From Microcoleus sp. (GTDB taxonomy: Bacteria; Cyanobacteriota; Cyanobacteriia; Cyanobacteriales; Microcoleaceae): a stretch of DNA of 64,000 bases. Made by a program: the position numbers and the translations under genes. Location: the NCBI GenBank assembly GCA_042408215.1, contig JAYFMW010000005.1:320001-384000 (forward strand), written 5' to 3'. Positions 54,728 through 64,000 of this stretch are shown here, piece by piece (position 1 is the first letter of the stretch; every line of letters starts with the position of its first letter). The notes under the pieces were generated by a model, which was not told the DNA's origin, did no database searches, and saw nothing but the letters and a program-made list of their open reading frames with translations.

Positions 54728-56188
54728 ATGGCATCCATCCGCGAGTTGCACCGACAACTGGTTAATAAAGAACGCTCTGCTGTGGAAATTACTCAAGAAG
54801 CATTAAACCGCATTACCCAGCTAGAGCCGAAGTTGAAAAGCTTTCTGTGCGTGACAGCAGACAGCGCATTGGCGCAGGCCAGGAAAGTGGATGCACAAAT
54901 CGCCGCCGGAGAGGAAATTGGGCTGTTGGCCGGTATTCCGATCGCCGTTAAAGACAATATGTGCACCGAAGGCATTCCCACAACCTGCGCCTCTCGGATT
55001 TTGGAGAATTTTGTGCCTCCCTATGATGCAACTGTTGTCTCGAAACTCGCAGCAGCAGGCGCTGTGATGGTGGGTAAGGCAAATATGGACGAGTTTGCAA
55101 TGGGAAGTTCGACGGAAACTTCTGCTTATCAAGTTACGGCGAATCCTTGGGATTTGGAGCGCGTGCCCGGCGGGTCTTCGGGTGGTTCGGCGGCCGCAGT
55201 AGCAGCCGGAGAATGCGTTGTGGGCTTGGGTTCGGACACTGGGGGTTCGATCCGTCAACCAGCTTCTTTTTGTGGCTTGGTGGGGCTAAAACCGACCTAT
55301 GGATTGGTTTCTCGCTATGGTTTGGTGGCCTATGCTTCTTCTCTCGATCAAATCGGGCCCTTTGGCCGGACTGTTGAGGATACGGCGATTTTGTTGGGGG
55401 CGATCGCGGGTTACGATCCGAGAGATTCCACGAGTCTCAATGTCCCAATTCCTGATTACGCTCAAGCTTTGAGACCCAATTTGCGACCGAAAGGTCAGAT
55501 TAGAATTGGGGTAATTAAAGAAACTTTTGGCGTCGGGTTGGACTCTGAGGTGAAAGATGCGGTAACAAAGGCGATCGAACAATTTCAAAAATTGGGAGCA
55601 GAAATTCAAGTAGTTTCTTGTCCCCGGTTCCGCTACGGTTTGCCTACTTACTACATTATTGCTCCCTCGGAAGCTTCGGCAAATTTGGCGAGATATGATG
55701 GAGTAAAATACGGTTTCCGGTCTCCTGATTCCGACAATCTTTTGGATATGTATGCCAAAACTCGCGCTCAAGGGTTCGGTGCTGAAGTTAAACGCCGGAT
55801 TGCGATCGGCACTTACGTTTTGTCGGCTGGATATTACGACGCTTATTATCTAAAAGCTCAAAAAGTTCGCACTTTGATTAAAGAAGACTTTGAGAAAGCT
55901 TTTGCTCAAGTTGATGTTTTGGTCAGTCCGACAGCTCCGACTACGGCTTTTAAGGCAGGGGAAAAAATTGACGATCCGTTGAGTATGTATTTGTCCGATT
56001 TGATGACTATTCCAGTCAATCTTGCTGGTTTGCCAGCTTTGAGTTTGCCTTGTGGTTTTGACGATCGAGGACTGCCTGTGGGCATACAACTGATTGGTAA
56101 TGTTTTGCAAGAATCTCGGCTGTTTCAAGTGGCTCATGCCTACGAACAGTCTACAAATTGGCACTTGCACAGCCCGGAATTGCATTAA
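54728..56188 (+). CDS. gatA: Asp-tRNA(Asn)/Glu-tRNA(Gln) amidotransferase subunit A
   Basis: Amidase signature [19 protein letters not shown] and SANLARYDG. Confidence 0.98.
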   Translation: MASIRELHRQLVNKERSAVEITQEALNRITQLEPKLKSFLCVTADSALAQARKVDAQIAAGEEIGLLAGIPIAVKDNMCTEGIPTTCASRILENFVPPYDATVVSKLAAAGAVMVGKANMDEFAMGSSTETSAYQVTANPWDLERVPGGSSGGSAAAVAAGECVVGLGSDTGGSIRQPASFCGLVGLKPTYGLVSRYGLVAYASSLDQIGPFGRTVEDTAILLGAIAGYDPRDSTSLNVPIPDYAQALRPNLRPKGQIRIGVIKETFGVGLDSEVKDAVTKAIEQFQKLGAEIQVVSCPRFRYGLPTYYIIAPSEASANLARYDGVKYGFRSPDSDNLLDMYAKTRAQGFGAEVKRRIAIGTYVLSAGYYDAYYLKAQKVRTLIKEDFEKAFAQVDVLVSPTAPTTAFKAGEKIDDPLSMYLSDLMTIPVNLAGLPALSLPCGFDDRGLPVGIQLIGNVLQESRLFQVAHAYEQSTNWHLHSPELH

Positions 56189-56232
56189 TTTTTGAAATTC
56201 GGCGGAACGCACCGGCGGGAGTTAGTAATAGA

Positions 56233-56268
56233 TAATGGCTAATTATGTGAATTAATAATTAGCCATTA
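56233..56268 (+). terminator. perfect 14-bp stem-loop after gatA
   Basis: TAATGGCTAATTAT / ATAATTAGCCATTA followed by GCTTTT. Confidence 0.55.
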
Positions 56269-56314
56269 GCTTTTGACTGGTCTCTAATTATCCCCGTGCA
56301 ATTTCCGATCGTTT

Positions 56315-57334
56315 ATGAACAAATTGATTGTATTTATTTTGCCGAAATCGCTAGTAGCTATTGGGATGTTTTTGGCGATCGCCTATGCTGGTGCTTGTGT
56401 ATTTCTATTTGCAGCGCAAAGCAAGTTTATCTTTTTTCCGACGCGGGCGATCGCAGCTACGCCCGACGATGTGCAGTTGGGATATCAAGATGTTGTGCTG
56501 CCAATTTCCAGTAAAAATGGCGCGCCCGAAAGCGTACACGGGTGGTGGATTCCAGCCTCGCATACCCCCCCCAACCCCCCCTTGCCAAAGGGGGGAGAAA
56601 GAGGAGCCGTTTTGACCCCGCAAAGCGAGGGAGGGACTGCTCCGGTTCCCCCCCAAAGTGAGGGAAGGCCCACTCCGATTCCCCCCCTTAACAAGGGGGG
56701 GTTAGGGGGGGTAGTTTTGTACCTGCATGGGAATGGTTTAAATGTGGGGGCCAATGTCGAACACGCTAATCGATTTCATCGGTTAGGTTTGTCGGTGTTT
56801 TTAATAGATTATCGCGGTTACGGACAAAGCCAGGGCGATTTTCCGACAGAATCTCAGGTTTATGAAGATGCTCAACTTGCTTGGGATTATTTGGTGAAAA
56901 AACGGGGAATTAACCCGAATCAAATTTATATCTACGGTCATTCTTTGGGAGGGGCGATCGCGATCGATCTAGCAGTGCGCCACCCGGAGGCGGCGGGGTT
57001 AATCGTGGAAGGCTCTTTTACTTCGGCGCGGGCTATGGTGGACTTCCAAGCCGGGGTGTATCGGATGTTTCCGATAGATTTGTTGCTGATACAGCGGTTT
57101 GATTCGATCGCTAAAGTCGATCGGCTGCAAATGCCTGTGCTATTTATTCACGGAACTGCTGATACTGTAGTTCCCGTTGAGATGAGCAAAAAACTGTTTG
57201 ATAGCGCGCCTGAACCCAAACAGTTGTACATCGTTCCTGATGCCGGTCATAATAATTTGGCAGAGTTTGCGGGCGCTGAATATCTGCTCATGGTGCGCCA
57301 ATTTTTGGAACATACCAACAAAATTAAAAATTAA
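56315..57334 (+). CDS. alpha/beta hydrolase with in-frame REP-like insertion
   Basis: LYLHGNG, DYRGYG, GHSLGG, HGTAD and GHNN. Confidence 0.92.
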   Translation: MNKLIVFILPKSLVAIGMFLAIAYAGACVFLFAAQSKFIFFPTRAIAATPDDVQLGYQDVVLPISSKNGAPESVHGWWIPASHTPPNPPLPKGGERGAVLTPQSEGGTAPVPPQSEGRPTPIPPLNKGGLGGVVLYLHGNGLNVGANVEHANRFHRLGLSVFLIDYRGYGQSQGDFPTESQVYEDAQLAWDYLVKKRGINPNQIYIYGHSLGGAIAIDLAVRHPEAAGLIVEGSFTSARAMVDFQAGVYRMFPIDLLLIQRFDSIAKVDRLQMPVLFIHGTADTVVPVEMSKKLFDSAPEPKQLYIVPDAGHNNLAEFAGAEYLLMVRQFLEHTNKIKN

Positions 57335-57366
57335 ACCGGGGAAAGAACAGCAGCCAAAGTTGTCGG

Positions 57367-58113
57367 CTAAAAAATGTTAATCCATTGAGGTTCGGTATAG
57401 ATAGCATGGCAATAATTGCAGTAATTATTCATCTGAAAAACTGCTTGTGGTTCTCCCTTAACTGGGCAGCCTCGCCGAGATTTTGAGCGGTTCGGCATCA
57501 GCGCGCCACAGAGATTAGCATCTTTAAGAATAGCTTTGTTTAATCTAGCATCGCTCAAGTCAGCTTCTCTGAGGTCGGCACCGCTGAGGTTTGCACCACT
57601 CAAATCCGCTGCTGTGAGGTCGGCACCGATGAGATTTGCACCAGTTAAATTGGCATTTCTTAGGTCGCTCTGACCTAGTTTAGCACCGCTCAAATTAGTA
57701 CATTTTAAGTTAGCCAACTGGAGGGATGCGTCTTTCAAAAAACTGGCGCTGAGGTTAGCATTTTCTAAGTTGGCTCCCCTGATATCCGCCCTGCTGAGGT
57801 CTGCTCTACTGAGGTCAGCATCGCTCAAAAAGGCGTTTCTCATGTTGGCGTTGTTTAAATTAGCTTCCATTAAATCAGCCGCTGTCAAGTCGGCATCAAT
57901 CAGGTCTGCTCTGCTGAGGATGGCACCGCTCAAGTTGGCGCCAAATAAGTCTGCACGGTTCAAGGAAGCGCCGAATAGGTCACATCCCGGACATCCTCTT
58001 GTTTCTAACAGTCGCTTGAGTAGAGGCAAATTTTGAGCTTGTAGGGGAACTGCTGCGAAAAATGGCAGTAGCAGTATCGCTGCTGTGAGCATTGTCAGTT
58101 TGATTTTGGTCAT
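57367..58113 (-). CDS. pentapeptide repeat protein with signal peptide
   Basis: A(D/N)Lxx repeats; LLETRGCPGCDL. Confidence 0.95.
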   Translation of the reverse strand: MTKIKLTMLTAAILLLPFFAAVPLQAQNLPLLKRLLETRGCPGCDLFGASLNRADLFGANLSGAILSRADLIDADLTAADLMEANLNNANMRNAFLSDADLSRADLSRADIRGANLENANLSASFLKDASLQLANLKCTNLSGAKLGQSDLRNANLTGANLIGADLTAADLSGANLSGADLREADLSDARLNKAILKDANLCGALMPNRSKSRRGCPVKGEPQAVFQMNNYCNYCHAIYTEPQWINIF

Positions 58114-58513
58114 GTTGCTTAAGTTGCTGTAGCTGGCCTTGATCGGTGAGTTTTCACTCTACTTTAATCTCGACTCTTGGGGATTAACCCAAAGCAATTT
58201 GCTCACAAGCCCCTGAATTTATCAAGATTGAGTAATTCTCAAATCTCAAATCGGCTGACAGCAAATGAGTATTTGTACTCTGTGTAGTGTAATTTTGGTA
58301 CGGAGGGCGATCGTCCTCCGTACAGGTGCTTAGTGATTAAGCCAATTGGCTTATACTGTTAAGACATATTGCCGATGTGCTGCGTTCTCTAACAAGATAG
58401 CATCTTGATGTGAGCGACGAAAAAATACTGAGTTACTAAGTATAAAAAAATACACTAGCTCTCCGGTGGATGTGGAAATTGGGATAGTCAACACTTGCAG
58501 AAGCGGAAAATAA

Positions 58514-59164
58514 ATGTCTAAGAGCATAGATGAACTGGCAGAAGGCGGCAGAGGGGTTAAACTGATGTGGCAGATTGCAGACGAGCTAAGTTATACCCGG
58601 ACTCTCGACGGTCGCAATTGTTTGTTACTGACTAAAAATTATCAAGCAGAAATTTGCGATCGACCTAAAAATATTAAAAAAGCTAGTGCTTTAGATGAGT
58701 TACTGAATTTGTTAAACCAATGGGACTGGCTGGCTCAAGAACAGCAAGCAGAAGAGTTGAAGGAAAGTCGCGTTCAAAAAATTAGTCTACAAGTCAATAA
58801 TCATCTGAATGCTTTAACTGAAGTTTTGGAGTGGTTTGAGCAGTTGGAGGATTTATCGCTTCCCAATCAGGTGTGGTGGGGGTGTCAGCTAGCTTTAGCT
58901 GAAGGTTTCACTAATGCAGTTCGCCACGCTCACAAAGATCTGCCACATTCAACTCCTATTCAACTGGAAGTTACGGTGTTTAAGGGATACTTGGAGTTGA
59001 GAATTTGGGATGGCGGACAATATTTTGATTTGAATGCTAAGCTCAGGGAAATTATGGCAGCAGAAATAAAAAGCTGCTTAGATTTAGATGATTTTAGCGC
59101 TCCTTGCTTAGTACCTAGCAGAACGGAAAAATTGGAAGAGTCGCTGTTGCTAGTCGCTGGGTAG
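58514..59164 (+). CDS. RsbW-like (HATPase_c_2) anti-sigma kinase with permuted motif order
   Basis: EGGRGVKLM..IADELSY at the N-terminus; AEGFTNAVRHA and IWDGG downstream. Confidence 0.75.
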   Translation: MSKSIDELAEGGRGVKLMWQIADELSYTRTLDGRNCLLLTKNYQAEICDRPKNIKKASALDELLNLLNQWDWLAQEQQAEELKESRVQKISLQVNNHLNALTEVLEWFEQLEDLSLPNQVWWGCQLALAEGFTNAVRHAHKDLPHSTPIQLEVTVFKGYLELRIWDGGQYFDLNAKLREIMAAEIKSCLDLDDFSAPCLVPSRTEKLEESLLLVAG

Positions 59165-59320
59165 TGCTGTTATGTATAGAAATCAACTGACTGACACAGT
59201 TGTCCAGGTGTTAGAACAAAATCGGTGTTTAGGGGACGAGTTAGTGGTGTTGTCTGTAGATGGGTTTTAAATACTGCCTTCGTGCTGTATCATAGTATCT
59301 GGTCGCTATACCAATTACTA

Positions 59321-59638
59321 ATGATTTCCAAGGAAACTTTATTTGTTCTGTCTCTATTCCCTTACTTGGGATTTCTGTGGTTTTTGACTCGATCGGGAAA
59401 AACACCGCGTTTAGCTCTGATTGGATTTTATGGAACTTTGGTTTTTGTGGCGGTGACTATTCCCGCAGCAATTTACGCAAAAGTAGTCTACAACGAATCC
59501 CTAGCAAATGTCGATTGGCTGCACGGCGGTGCGGAATTATTCTTAACACTTGCCAATATTTTAGTAGTTTTAGGCTTTAGGGAATCGGTGATTAAAGCCA
59601 AACAATCATCCCAAATCCCCAATCCCAAATCCCAATGA
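59321..59638 (+). CDS. DUF3593 family membrane protein
   Basis: LFVLSLFPYLGFL...LANVDWLHGGAE. Confidence 0.88.
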   Translation: MISKETLFVLSLFPYLGFLWFLTRSGKTPRLALIGFYGTLVFVAVTIPAAIYAKVVYNESLANVDWLHGGAELFLTLANILVVLGFRESVIKAKQSSQIPNPKSQ

Positions 59639-59671
59639 CAGCCCCCGCATCGGCAAAAATTCCTCCCAACC

Positions 59672-61267
59672 CTAAAAGGGAGGATCTGTTGTTTTCGATG
59701 ATTCTGTGAGATAGTTCAGATACCGAGAAATGCGATCGGGTTCTGTGTCAAGTAAACGGCTAGCCCAAGAGTGTAAATTTAGTCGATCGCGCATTTCTCG
59801 AAACACCAGAACATCCGGGTTATGATGGAGAGGAAAAACACAAGCATCAAAGCCAGCAGACTTGAGACGACTGACTGTTTCCTCACCATCTTGCACCCAC
59901 AATTGGCGATTAATGCGAACAGGTTGACAGGAATATTCACCTAGGACAATTCCCCCCACAGACACGCTAGCATCTTCTCCACGATTTGAAAGTTCTTGCA
60001 AAATAGCTTTGAGATGCTTCATTTTTTCAGTGTCTTTTACTAGCTTTCGTGTAAACTTGACAATCACCATTTGTAAAACTGCTACAGGTTTTGCTACTTG
60101 TACAATCTTCACTGGTTCTGGGTACAAAACCTCTGCCTCTTCAGTGTCCAATGGCTTGATTTCCTCTGCCATCTCTACCTCTTTTATTGGCTTTGCATCG
60201 TCTACAATTATCTGAATTTCCTCCCCGTCTTTCTCGATTTTTCCACTAATCAGTAAGACAGCATTCTCTGTAATATGTGAGCCAACTTGTTCATAAGTCT
60301 TGGGAAACACAACAGCTTTGATTTGATGTGTTAAATCTTCTATTTGCAAAATTGCCATCTTCTCCCCTTTCTTTGTCACTACAGGTTTGATAGCACCGAT
60401 CATCACAATAACTGATACTTTCCCTTTTTTATCTGCTAGTTGTTCGAGAGTAACAACATCTGGGTCTTGGTTCATTTGAAGCAAATTTTTCAGGGGATGT
60501 TCTGATACATAAAAGCCCAGCAATTCTTTTTCTAATTGCAACTTTTTCTGTGGATCGTAATCTTTGACTATTTTAGATTTTGGCGCAGACTCATACTTAT
60601 TCGCAGACTTCCCAAAGCTCATCCCACCTAACAAGTCAAATAGATTACCTTGACCGCTTTCTCGGTCTTTTTTCCGGTCTTGTGCCCATTTAATGACCCC
60701 TTCCATGTCCTGGACTAATTGATTGCGGTTGCTCTCAATTTTATCAAAAGCTCCGCATTGAATTAATGCTTCCAAAGCGCGACGGTTGACAGCATGAAGA
60801 TTTACGCGATCGCACAAATCTGGTAAAGATTTAAACTTACCCCCTTCCTGTCGCGCCTCCAAAATATTTTCAATTGCGCCCTCACCCACATTTTTAACCG
60901 CCGAAATCCCAAACAAAATTTTATCTTTAGATCCGGTCATCTTGAGCGGCGTAAAAGTAAGTTCAGAGCCATTAATATCAGGCGGCTCAACCTCAATACC
61001 CAGCTTGAGACAATTGGCGATATATCTCTGTACTTTATCCTGGTCGCCACTGTTAGCAGTCAACAGTGCAGCCATGTATTCTACAGTAAAATTTGCCTTT
61101 AAATAAGCAGTTTGATAAGTGATATAGGCATAGGCCATTGAATGGGATTTATTAAAGCAATTAGATACCACCAGACTATTTTCTAGCGTAAAATTATGGT
61201 CTTTTTCAACACCAATGTCATATACCTCTTGAGTTCCTATTGATTTTCTACTAATAATTTTAACCAT
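59672..61267 (-). CDS. dnaE: DNA polymerase III alpha C-terminal part with IntC (dnaE-c)
   Basis: MVKIISRK...HNF...VSN|CFNKSHS..YQTAYLKAN; LGFYVSEHP; OB fold; AGGAG ribosome-binding site upstream of ATG 61267. Confidence 0.97.
   Translation of the reverse strand: MVKIISRKSIGTQEVYDIGVEKDHNFTLENSLVVSNCFNKSHSMAYAYITYQTAYLKANFTVEYMAALLTANSGDQDKVQRYIANCLKLGIEVEPPDINGSELTFTPLKMTGSKDKILFGISAVKNVGEGAIENILEARQEGGKFKSLPDLCDRVNLHAVNRRALEALIQCGAFDKIESNRNQLVQDMEGVIKWAQDRKKDRESGQGNLFDLLGGMSFGKSANKYESAPKSKIVKDYDPQKKLQLEKELLGFYVSEHPLKNLLQMNQDPDVVTLEQLADKKGKVSVIVMIGAIKPVVTKKGEKMAILQIEDLTHQIKAVVFPKTYEQVGSHITENAVLLISGKIEKDGEEIQIIVDDAKPIKEVEMAEEIKPLDTEEAEVLYPEPVKIVQVAKPVAVLQMVIVKFTRKLVKDTEKMKHLKAILQELSNRGEDASVSVGGIVLGEYSCQPVRINRQLWVQDGEETVSRLKSAGFDACVFPLHHNPDVLVFREMRDRLNLHSWASRLLDTEPDRISRYLNYLTESSKTTDPPF
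61160..61267 (-). other. split DnaE intein C-fragment (36 aa)
   Basis: Block F VYDIGV..DHNF; ends SN before the +1 Cys of CFN. Confidence 0.97.
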
Positions 61268-62039
61268 GTTTATAACTCCTGAGAATAGCCTCAATTTTAG
61301 TCTTCTTTCGTTGCAGTCCCAATTGGGGATATTGATACACAAAATCATAAAATGCTTGTATGTTTTTCCGACTAAATATTCTCCAGTAATAAACTTTTTT
61401 GAATAGATGCTCTTGTACAGAGCCCATGCCTAGGTGCATTGCTAGTTCGCAGGCAAATTCAAAAGAACCGACGATGCACACTAAACCGCCACTTCTGCCC
61501 TTGTTTGCATAAGCACAGCCGTCGCCATCAAAGTAGCCTAACACATAAGACGCTAAATATTTTGAGTTTGGGAAATAAGTAACTCCCGAAAAAGTCCTTC
61601 CTGGTATGATGCCGTAGCCGTGTAAAGAGCTTGCCAGTTGTTCAGAAGAAAAATTTATTCGGTAGTGAGGAGCGTAATTTTGAGGCTGAACAACTCTAAT
61701 TTCACCAGAGTATTGTAGCTCTATTCTGAGCATTTCTGTGAGTTCTTTGTCAATAGATTCAAATGCTACATAATTAGTGTTAGTAACGCAGCCATCAGCA
61801 GCTATTAACCCTAACAAATAAGCTTTAGATTGAGAGTCAATTACATCAAAATAGCTTTCATTTAAATAATATCGGTTTCGCCGCTTAGTATTAATATCAG
61901 CTTCTTTTAAAACTCTTGAAACCGCTCTTTCACTCACGCCAAGGTAGTTAGGAATTTCTCGGCACTCCATACCACGCTCAAAAGCAGAAATGATTTGTTG
62001 CTTGTGTTCCGATTTTAATTTCCTATAGTCGAGATACAT
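61260..62039 (-). CDS. free-standing LAGLIDADG homing endonuclease with N-terminal HTH
   Basis: Two motifs, YLLGLIAADG and YVLGYFDGDG; N-terminal helix-turn-helix (IPNYLGVSERAVSRVL); C-terminal LQRKK. Confidence 0.9.
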   Translation of the reverse strand: MYLDYRKLKSEHKQQIISAFERGMECREIPNYLGVSERAVSRVLKEADINTKRRNRYYLNESYFDVIDSQSKAYLLGLIAADGCVTNTNYVAFESIDKELTEMLRIELQYSGEIRVVQPQNYAPHYRINFSSEQLASSLHGYGIIPGRTFSGVTYFPNSKYLASYVLGYFDGDGCAYANKGRSGGLVCIVGSFEFACELAMHLGMGSVQEHLFKKVYYWRIFSRKNIQAFYDFVYQYPQLGLQRKKTKIEAILRSYKHG

Positions 62040-62040
62040 T

Positions 62041-62352
62041 TTATATATCTGAGCGGGGGTTGATTTGTTTTAATTCTAATCCTTTTTCAAAGATTTCGTC
62101 AATGGGCAGCATTTGACCGTCAGCAGTCATAAACTTGTGTTCTTTTGTGGCGCGAATTATCGACCCATCTTCCAGGCAATACTCAAAAACCTCCTGCGGC
62201 CCCCGGCGATGCCACTGTGCAATTGACTGTGTATAAATATGACCATTACTATCAACACTGTAAACACTGCATTGAATTTCTTCCTCAACGATTTTACCAA
62301 TGGCCATCGGCCCATATTCCACAGTCAATATCTGCGTGTCATAGCTCAAGCA
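62041..62352 (-). other. split DnaE intein N-fragment (103 aa)
   Basis: AEY|CLSYDT block [10 protein letters not shown] block B (TxxH); then a stop codon. Confidence 0.97.
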
Positions 62353-64000
62353 ATACTCTGCGAATTGTAGCATCTGCGCGAACAAATCTTCGGCAATTTT
62401 TTGAGGGACACCATTCTTAGTTGCCCCATCAATAAATGTTTCCTTTTGTTTCTGCATTTCATCAGCCTTCTTCTTACCCATTGCGCGGCGCAGCAAGTCA
62501 GCTTGACCCAAAGAATAGCCAGCCAAATCTTGAGCCATCCGCATAATTTGCTCTTGAAAACAAAGCGTTCCGTAAGTTTCTTTTAAAATTGGTTCTAACA
62601 GCGGATGGTCGTATTTAACCACCTCTCTGCCGTGTTTGCGATCGATAAATTGTGGAATCAAACCAGCATCCAGCGGGCCGGGACGGTAAAGTGCGAGAAT
62701 AGAAGAAATATCATCCAGACAAGAAGGTTTGATTTTTTTTACTACATCCAGCATCCCAGAAGATTCCAACTGAAAAATACCTTCTAAATCTCCTTTTTCT
62801 AAGAGTTTGTAAGTTTTTTCTACATCTTCAGGCAACTTTTTGTTCCTGGAAAATATCTCTTGAGCTCTGCGTTCTATATCAGAAGGTAAGCCTTCGGCAT
62901 CGATGGTTATATCTTGCGTTTGCTTAACATAATCAACGGTTTTTTGGAGCGTTGTTAAATTCTTGAGTCCCAAAAAGTCCATTTTTAGTAACCCCAAAAA
63001 TTCCAAATCTTCCATGAAATATTGGGTAATCACAGCACCTTCGTTATTCTTTTGCAGCGGTACAATTTCATCTAGGGGCTGGGAAGAAATCACCACACCT
63101 GCGGCGTGAACGCCATAGGTTTTGTTGGTTCCTTCTATGCGAATTGCCATGTCAATCCACTGACGGACTGGGACTTCGGTGCCAGTTTCTGCATTTATGC
63201 AAATTGTATTTTCGTAGTTGTCTCTAAATTCCTGTGCAGGTGTTTCACCGGAAATCATCACTTTGAGTTTTTCCGGTTTTCCTCGCGACACCGGAATCAT
63301 TTTTGCCATCTCGTCTGCTTTTTTGTAGGGAATGCCTAAAACTCTGGCAACATCTTTCAAGACAGCTTTTGATGTCATTCTGTTAAACGTAATAATTTGC
63401 GCTACGCGATCGGTGCCATATTTTTCAGTAACGTATTTAATCATGTCGTCCCGTCTGTCTATGCAGAAATCGCTATCAATATCTGGCATAGATTTGCGTT
63501 CGGGATTGAGAAATCGCTCGAATAGTAGTCCGTGGTGTACGGGGTCTATATTGGTAATTTTTAGGACGTAGGCAACTAGAGAACCTGCGGCAGAACCGCG
63601 TCCTGGCCCTACGGGAATATGGTTATCTCTAGCATATTTTATGTAGTCCCAAACCACTAAAAAGTATTCAGAAAAGCCCATCTGCTGAATCATTTTTAGT
63701 TCGTATTCTAGCCTTTGTTTGTAGATAGGTGGAATTTCATTGCGGGTGCGGGATTTGAGGCGTTCTAATAGTCCTAGCCAGGATATTTCTTCTACATAGG
63801 TATCGGCGGTATGTTCTGGGGGAATTGGGATTGTGGGAATCCGGGCTTCTCCTGTCAGTTCATATCTTGATACTTTATTTGCGACTTCTAGGGTATTTTC
63901 GATCGCCTCTTCGATCGCATCAGCATCTAAATGGTCTTGAAACAGTTGCGCCATCTCGTCAGCGGACTTAAGATACTCAGTGCCGCTGTAGCGCATCCGC
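62041..64000 (-). CDS. dnaE: DNA polymerase III alpha N-terminal part with IntN (dnaE-n), 5' partial
   Basis: [31 protein letters not shown] and RPGP; the gene starts beyond the window edge. Confidence 0.98.
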   Translation of the reverse strand, partial: RMRYSGTEYLKSADEMAQLFQDHLDADAIEEAIENTLEVANKVSRYELTGEARIPTIPIPPEHTADTYVEEISWLGLLERLKSRTRNEIPPIYKQRLEYELKMIQQMGFSEYFLVVWDYIKYARDNHIPVGPGRGSAAGSLVAYVLKITNIDPVHHGLLFERFLNPERKSMPDIDSDFCIDRRDDMIKYVTEKYGTDRVAQIITFNRMTSKAVLKDVARVLGIPYKKADEMAKMIPVSRGKPEKLKVMISGETPAQEFRDNYENTICINAETGTEVPVRQWIDMAIRIEGTNKTYGVHAAGVVISSQPLDEIVPLQKNNEGAVITQYFMEDLEFLGLLKMDFLGLKNLTTLQKTVDYVKQTQDITIDAEGLPSDIERRAQEIFSRNKKLPEDVEKTYKLLEKGDLEGIFQLESSGMLDVVKKIKPSCLDDISSILALYRPGPLDAGLIPQFIDRKHGREVVKYDHPLLEPILKETYGTLCFQEQIMRMAQDLAGYSLGQADLLRRAMGKKKADEMQKQKETFIDGATKNGVPQKIAEDLFAQMLQFAEYCLSYDTQILTVEYGPMAIGKIVEEEIQCSVYSVDSNGHIYTQSIAQWHRRGPQEVFEYCLEDGSIIRATKEHKFMTADGQMLPIDEIFEKGLELKQINPRSDI

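Noticed and set aside
5190..59164. Partner-switching operon (RsbU-like, STAS, RsbW-like)
   Set aside because: The three genes are 13-40 kb apart in unrelated contexts, so there is no linkage evidence.
61260..62352. Single contiguous intein with two sequencing errors
   Set aside because: IntN and IntC have the lengths and termini of known split fragments, IntC has its own Met and AGGAG site, and the endonuclease has its own ATG. Not formally excluded without reads.
1..64000. Frequent GCGATCGC sites; tRNA, rRNA or prophage genes
   Set aside because: GCGATCGC is the well-known HIP1 octamer; no tRNA, rRNA or phage structural genes were recognisable.

Overview
Chromosomal window of a filamentous cyanobacterium. 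The Oscillatoriales/Microcoleus-like assignment is inferred from abundant HIP1 GCGATCGC sites, heptamer STRR arrays and gene content. It carries housekeeping genes (argH, ftsY, nusB, rne, rnhB, trpD, carA, mrnC, rlmB, gatA, dnaE) and a large signalling cluster. RNA-guided transposon elements are dense: four IS200/IS605 tnpB elements, one IS607 with a Fanzor2-like TnpB, four tnpB-less derivatives carrying structured non-coding cargo, and an orphan HEARO-like RNA. The most striking feature is at the right end. The two halves of the split DnaE intein gene, unlinked in the classic cyanobacterial cases, lie adjacent and co-oriented, with a stand-alone double-motif LAGLIDADG homing endonuclease gene tightly packed between IntN and IntC. 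Also notable are a repeat/beta-propeller gene broken by four +2 frameshifts that share one 15-bp motif, and an apparently circularly permuted RsbW-type kinase. All assignments come from reading the sequence; no database searches were run.
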